A stretch of DNA of 64,000 bases from assembly GCA_963705505.1 (NCBI GenBank), contig CAVPJU010000010.1:512001-576000 (forward strand), written 5' to 3'. A program made the translations under genes and the position numbers. The notes under the pieces were generated by a model, which was given only the letters and a program-made list of their open reading frames with translations, searched no databases and was not told the DNA's origin. This stretch comes from an uncultured bacterium. Its GTDB lineage: Bacteria > Desulfobacterota_D > UBA1144 > Nemesobacterales > UBA2774. How positions within the stretch are numbered: the first letter of the stretch is position 1; every line of letters starts with the position of its first letter. This document shows positions 60,357-64,000 of the stretch, piece by piece.

Positions 60357-61694
60357 TTAGTTTTTAATCCCCAGGTCCTCCAGAATAGTTCCACTTTCGA
60401 ACGAGAGCCTCGCAACGGAGATTGAGTGCTCGTTTTTCATGGCAGCGAGATTAGCCCTCGCCCTGTCGAGGTTCAGCTGAGCGTCGAGGAGATCGACGAA
60501 CGGCGACAGTGAGTTTTCGTACCTTTTCCGTACGAGCCGTGTCCCCTCCGCCGCAGTCTCAAGAGACTTTTCCGCGAGCTCTGTATTTTTCTTCGATTCC
60601 TCTACCGAGAGGTAGGATTCGTATACACGCAGCGAAACCTCTTTTTTCAGGCCTTCCAGACTCTCCTCTATCCGGGAGGCAGTGTGCTTCGCCCTTGCCC
60701 TCTCGTATTCCCTCCTGCCGCCGTTGAATATTTCCCACCTCATGAAAGCCGCGATGAACCAGCTGTCTCCTTCGGCGCCGAAAGGCACGTCCTTGTCATT
60801 GAGCTGGTATGTACCTCTTACGCCAATCCTCGGCAGGTATCCGGAGTCGGCTATACTCACGTTCGTTTTTGCGCTTTCGTACTTAAATTCGAGAGACGTT
60901 ACGTCCTTTCTCGAGAGGGACTTGTCACTGTAATAGCCGAAGTCCCTGAGGGGTATCTCCTCCGTCTCCGCTTCGGTATCCACGGCTTCGTTTAGTCCCA
61001 GGAGAAGTCCGAGTGATCGCTTCGCGACCTTCAGATTCTTTTCCGTGCTCACGAGCTGCTGCTCGGCTTCCGTCACCGCTGTCTCCGCTCTGAGAGTGTC
61101 CGAGTAAAGCCCGAGGCCCGACTTAAATCTCGAATTAGCTACCCTCAGCTGCTCCCTAGCGTCCTCGAGCGCTTTCTGCGACACTTGGACGAACTCTTTC
61201 GCAGTTCCGACCCGAATGTAGGTTTCAGTAACCCTGAACGCGACATATTCCCTCTGCCTCCCGAACTCTTCCCTGCTCGCAAGGTACTCCTTATTTGCAG
61301 ACTTCAAACCGAGCGCCTCCTGTATGGCCAACACGGGCTGCTCGACTGAAATGTTCGTCTCGAAATCGCTCACGGGATCCGGGTTATTGAGAGTCGAGAT
61401 ATCGAAGTCGGATTCCTTGAAACGTCCCTCATTCAGCTTGATCGAAAACACTCCGGTCGGGTTGTTCGTGCGGACAAAGTTTTCCTCGAGATTAACTTGG
61501 GGAAGCAGAAAACTCCGCGATATTCCTACGTCCGCTTTCTCCGCGGAAACGGAGCTTTCGAGAGCCTGAATCTCATCGTTATTTTCGAGCGCCGTATTGA
61601 TCGCGTCCCTGAGATTAAAACGAACATCCTCGGCAGCGCTTAACTGCGCTAGCAGAAAAAGGAACGGAAATAAATAGAAGAAACTCCTCATCAC
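60357..61694 (-). CDS. TolC-family outer-membrane efflux protein
   Basis: Signal peptide, AINTALENN, LLPQVNL, YLPRIGV, WEIFNGG, DLLDAQ. Confidence 0.9.
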   Translation of the reverse strand: MMRSFFYLFPFLFLLAQLSAAEDVRFNLRDAINTALENNDEIQALESSVSAEKADVGISRSFLLPQVNLEENFVRTNNPTGVFSIKLNEGRFKESDFDISTLNNPDPVSDFETNISVEQPVLAIQEALGLKSANKEYLASREEFGRQREYVAFRVTETYIRVGTAKEFVQVSQKALEDAREQLRVANSRFKSGLGLYSDTLRAETAVTEAEQQLVSTEKNLKVAKRSLGLLLGLNEAVDTEAETEEIPLRDFGYYSDKSLSRKDVTSLEFKYESAKTNVSIADSGYLPRIGVRGTYQLNDKDVPFGAEGDSWFIAAFMRWEIFNGGRREYERARAKHTASRIEESLEGLKKEVSLRVYESYLSVEESKKNTELAEKSLETAAEGTRLVRKRYENSLSPFVDLLDAQLNLDRARANLAAMKNEHSISVARLSFESGTILEDLGIKN

Positions 61695-62104
61695 GTAAGC
61701 CTAAATAAGCATCCTTTGATAATTCGGGACTCCGTCATGGATTCTAAATCCATTTCTGAAAGCTTCCCGAGCAGGCGCTCTATATAAGATATATAAAGGC
61801 CGAGACAACTCCGAACAAATAATGTGCGGCCACTTCCCTTCGCATTGCATGATAATATCATCCGTGATATACAGTGCCGATCCATCCATTTAGTATCATT
61901 ATTTTACACTATGATTCAAAACTGGTGCCATTATAGAATGTTGTGTGATGACTGGAATTTACATCGTTGTTTTAAAAATAATCCTTGTCAGAATATAGGA
62001 CAATAGACAGGAATACGCAGTTATCGTACTTGGTAATCAAAGAATTGTAAGAGGCAAGTCAAACCGGCTAGGTCTGAATTGAGTATAGGAGCAGAATGGG
62101 GAAA

Positions 62105-62142
62105 TGGTCGGGATGAGAGGTATCGAACCTCCGACCTCGGCC
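62105..62142 (-). repeat. 3'-terminal fragment of a tRNA-Pro-like gene (att remnant)
   Basis: Reverse complement GGCCGAGGTCGGAGGTTCGATACCTCTCATCCCGACCA: T arm, acceptor strand and CCA; no 5' half. Confidence 0.75.
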
Positions 62143-62212
62143 TAGATGTGATAACTTTAGCTTGTCTTAAATCCCTTATTGTTTGCTCTGCAGTGAAGCG
62201 CTTCCTCACCAT
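62143..62212 (-). pseudogene. IS3-family transposase OrfA N-terminal remnant
   Basis: MVRKRFTAEQTIRDLRQAKV resembles IS3 OrfA starts; GAGGAGG RBS; truncated at the tRNA fragment. Confidence 0.55.
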
Positions 62213-62353
62213 TCTTTGACCTCCTCTTAATAGGGTGTTCTAGGGAATCATTAAAATAGCCCCTGATCCCCATTCGCCATTAAAGCAACTCAAACAGTGG
62301 GTTAAATGTTATTTGGGCTAGTTGTCTAGGACAGCCCTTATTATAATTATGAA

Positions 62354-62755
62354 ATGGATGAGGAACCGAAGTACCCAATAACGATCTATTATGATGGTGC
62401 TTGCGGCATCTGCCGTAGAGAAATGGAGCACTACAGGGCAAAAGACAAAAACGCGAGATTGAAGTTTATCAACGCGAACCATCCGAATTTTGATCCCAAG
62501 AGCGAGGGGTTAGATCCACAAAATATTTTGGATTACATCCACGCGAAAGACGAAAATGGAAAGGTGGTTTATGGTCTAGAGGCTTTCGCTTGGATTTGGG
62601 AAGCCTGCGGATATAAATTACTGCCAATTTTAGTTCGACTCCCTCTTATAAGACAGCTTGCCCGCGCCTTCTATAGATTATTTGCGAGGTACCGCTATAA
62701 AATAAGCAGGGGAAATTTGGACTGTGGTCCTGAATGTGGTCATAAAATGATATGA
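62354..62755 (+). CDS. DCC1-like thiol-disulfide oxidoreductase (DUF393)
   Basis: YYDGACGIC (DxxCxxC), GLEAF..IW, YRLFARYR. Confidence 0.88.
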   Translation: MDEEPKYPITIYYDGACGICRREMEHYRAKDKNARLKFINANHPNFDPKSEGLDPQNILDYIHAKDENGKVVYGLEAFAWIWEACGYKLLPILVRLPLIRQLARAFYRLFARYRYKISRGNLDCGPECGHKMI

Positions 62756-64000
62756 ACATAAAAACGATTCTATGGAGAGATAATTACTGGCTGACAAGAC
62801 TTGTCCTTCAGCGGGGCTTAGCATTTGTTTATCTAATCGCTTTCATAGCCGTCATTCATCAGTTCAAGCCGCTATTAGGGGAACACGGCCTTCTTCCAGT
62901 TCCGCAATTCGTAAAACAGGTGCGTTTCATTGAATCGCCGAGCATCTTCTTCTGGTTTCCAACTGATTTCGCTTTTGATTTGTTCGGATGGATCGGTATT
63001 GCTCTTTCTCTGTTTGCCCTTTCGGGATTCTCGGAAAAGTTCGGCAATTTTATCTCTGCAGGAACCTGGGGCGCACTCTGGCTGATTTACCTCTCTTTTG
63101 TAAATGTGGGTCAAACGTTTTATGCATTCGGCTGGGAGACACTGCTTTTGGAAGCCGGATTTCTTGCGATTTTTTTGGGCTCCGAAAGAACCACACCGTC
63201 GTTTCTTGTAATCCTTCTTTTCAACTGGCTGCTCTTCCGGGTGATGTTTGGCGCGGGACTGATAAAAATTCGGGGCGACACCTGCTGGCGTGATTTAACC
63301 TGCCTCCAGTACCACTATGAAACCCAACCGATGCCGAATCCCTTTAGCTGGTATTTCCATTGGCTGCCGGGATGGATCGACAAAACAGGAGTGCTCTTTA
63401 ATCACTTCACCGAGCTAATCGTCCCATTTGCTTATTTTGCGCCCCGTCGAATAAGTGCCGTTGCAGGGTTGATAACCATATTCTTTCATTCGTGGCTCTT
63501 TGCCAGTGGGAACTTTTCATTCTTGGGACTACTCACGATGGTTCTGGCTCTGAGCACCTTTAGCGACTCATGGTTGAAGCACGTTATTCCAATTCACCCT
63601 CCCGAGCTTACTAAACCCGGCCCTCTTTATTTGTCAGCTACATTGGGACTTACAGTACTTGTTGCGGCATTAAGTTTTTTTACTATAAGCAACATGATAT
63701 CCCAAAACCAATTAATGAACGCTTCTTTCGAGCCGCTCCACTTGGTGAATACCTATGGTGCCTTCGGAACCATCACGCGGCAGCGCTATGAAGTGATTGT
63801 TGAGGGAACCGACGAGTCTGTGCTTACTGAAGCTACCCGTTGGCGCGAATATGAATTTATTGGAAAACCCGGGGATGTGAACCGTACGCCGCCGCAGATC
63901 GCGCCATATCACCTGCGGCTTGACTGGCTGATGTGGTTTGCCGCGTTCTCTGCGCCGAGCCAGCATCCGTGGTTCATAAGTTTTTTGGAAAAACTTTTAG
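62752..64000 (+). CDS. Lipase maturation factor (LMF1) family membrane protein, runs off the window
   Basis: Absent from the ORF track (no stop in window); hand translation from ATG 62752 (ATGA overlap) gives YLIAF, GEHGLLP, FGWETLLLEAGFL, YHYETQPMPNP, APYHLRLDWLMWFA. Confidence 0.9.
   Translation, partial: MNIKTILWRDNYWLTRLVLQRGLAFVYLIAFIAVIHQFKPLLGEHGLLPVPQFVKQVRFIESPSIFFWFPTDFAFDLFGWIGIALSLFALSGFSEKFGNFISAGTWGALWLIYLSFVNVGQTFYAFGWETLLLEAGFLAIFLGSERTTPSFLVILLFNWLLFRVMFGAGLIKIRGDTCWRDLTCLQYHYETQPMPNPFSWYFHWLPGWIDKTGVLFNHFTELIVPFAYFAPRRISAVAGLITIFFHSWLFASGNFSFLGLLTMVLALSTFSDSWLKHVIPIHPPELTKPGPLYLSATLGLTVLVAALSFFTISNMISQNQLMNASFEPLHLVNTYGAFGTITRQRYEVIVEGTDESVLTEATRWREYEFIGKPGDVNRTPPQIAPYHLRLDWLMWFAAFSAPSQHPWFISFLEKLL

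Noticed and set aside
61691..61889. Two short ORFs upstream of tolC
   Set aside because: Neither has an RBS, hydrophobic pattern or motif supporting a real gene

Overview
Chromosomal window from a diderm (outer-membrane) bacterium, mostly moderately GC-rich with visibly AT-richer patches at about 1-1.2 kb, 21.2-26.3 kb, 35.7-38.7 kb and 61.7-64 kb. The standout is an 11-kb co-oriented cluster (15.6-26.3 kb) with 37 c-type heme-binding motifs. It encodes an OmcA/MtrC-type decaheme lipoprotein, a diheme lipoprotein, a non-MtrB beta-barrel, hepta- and tetraheme cytochromes and two Met-less monoheme paralogs. These are followed by a Rieske protein, a b6-like cytochrome b, an HAO-fold octaheme lacking canonical catalytic residues and an NrfH/NapC quinol dehydrogenase. 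Together this looks like a complete quinone-to-cell-surface electron conduit of hybrid architecture (inference). Next to it lie a Crp/Fnr regulator, tandem heme-synthesis-type radical SAM paralogs and HemY. The window also holds two RND efflux operons (one with a frameshifted adaptor), tRNA-His, tRNA-Arg(UCU) with a decayed islet bounded by a 5'-half tRNA repeat, and a tRNA-Pro att remnant. A hypoxia/dormancy-like set (nrdJ, rtcB, hpf, ppk2, phaC, ppsA), several pseudogene fragments and REP-like palindromes are also present. All calls come from motif reading only; no database searches were run.
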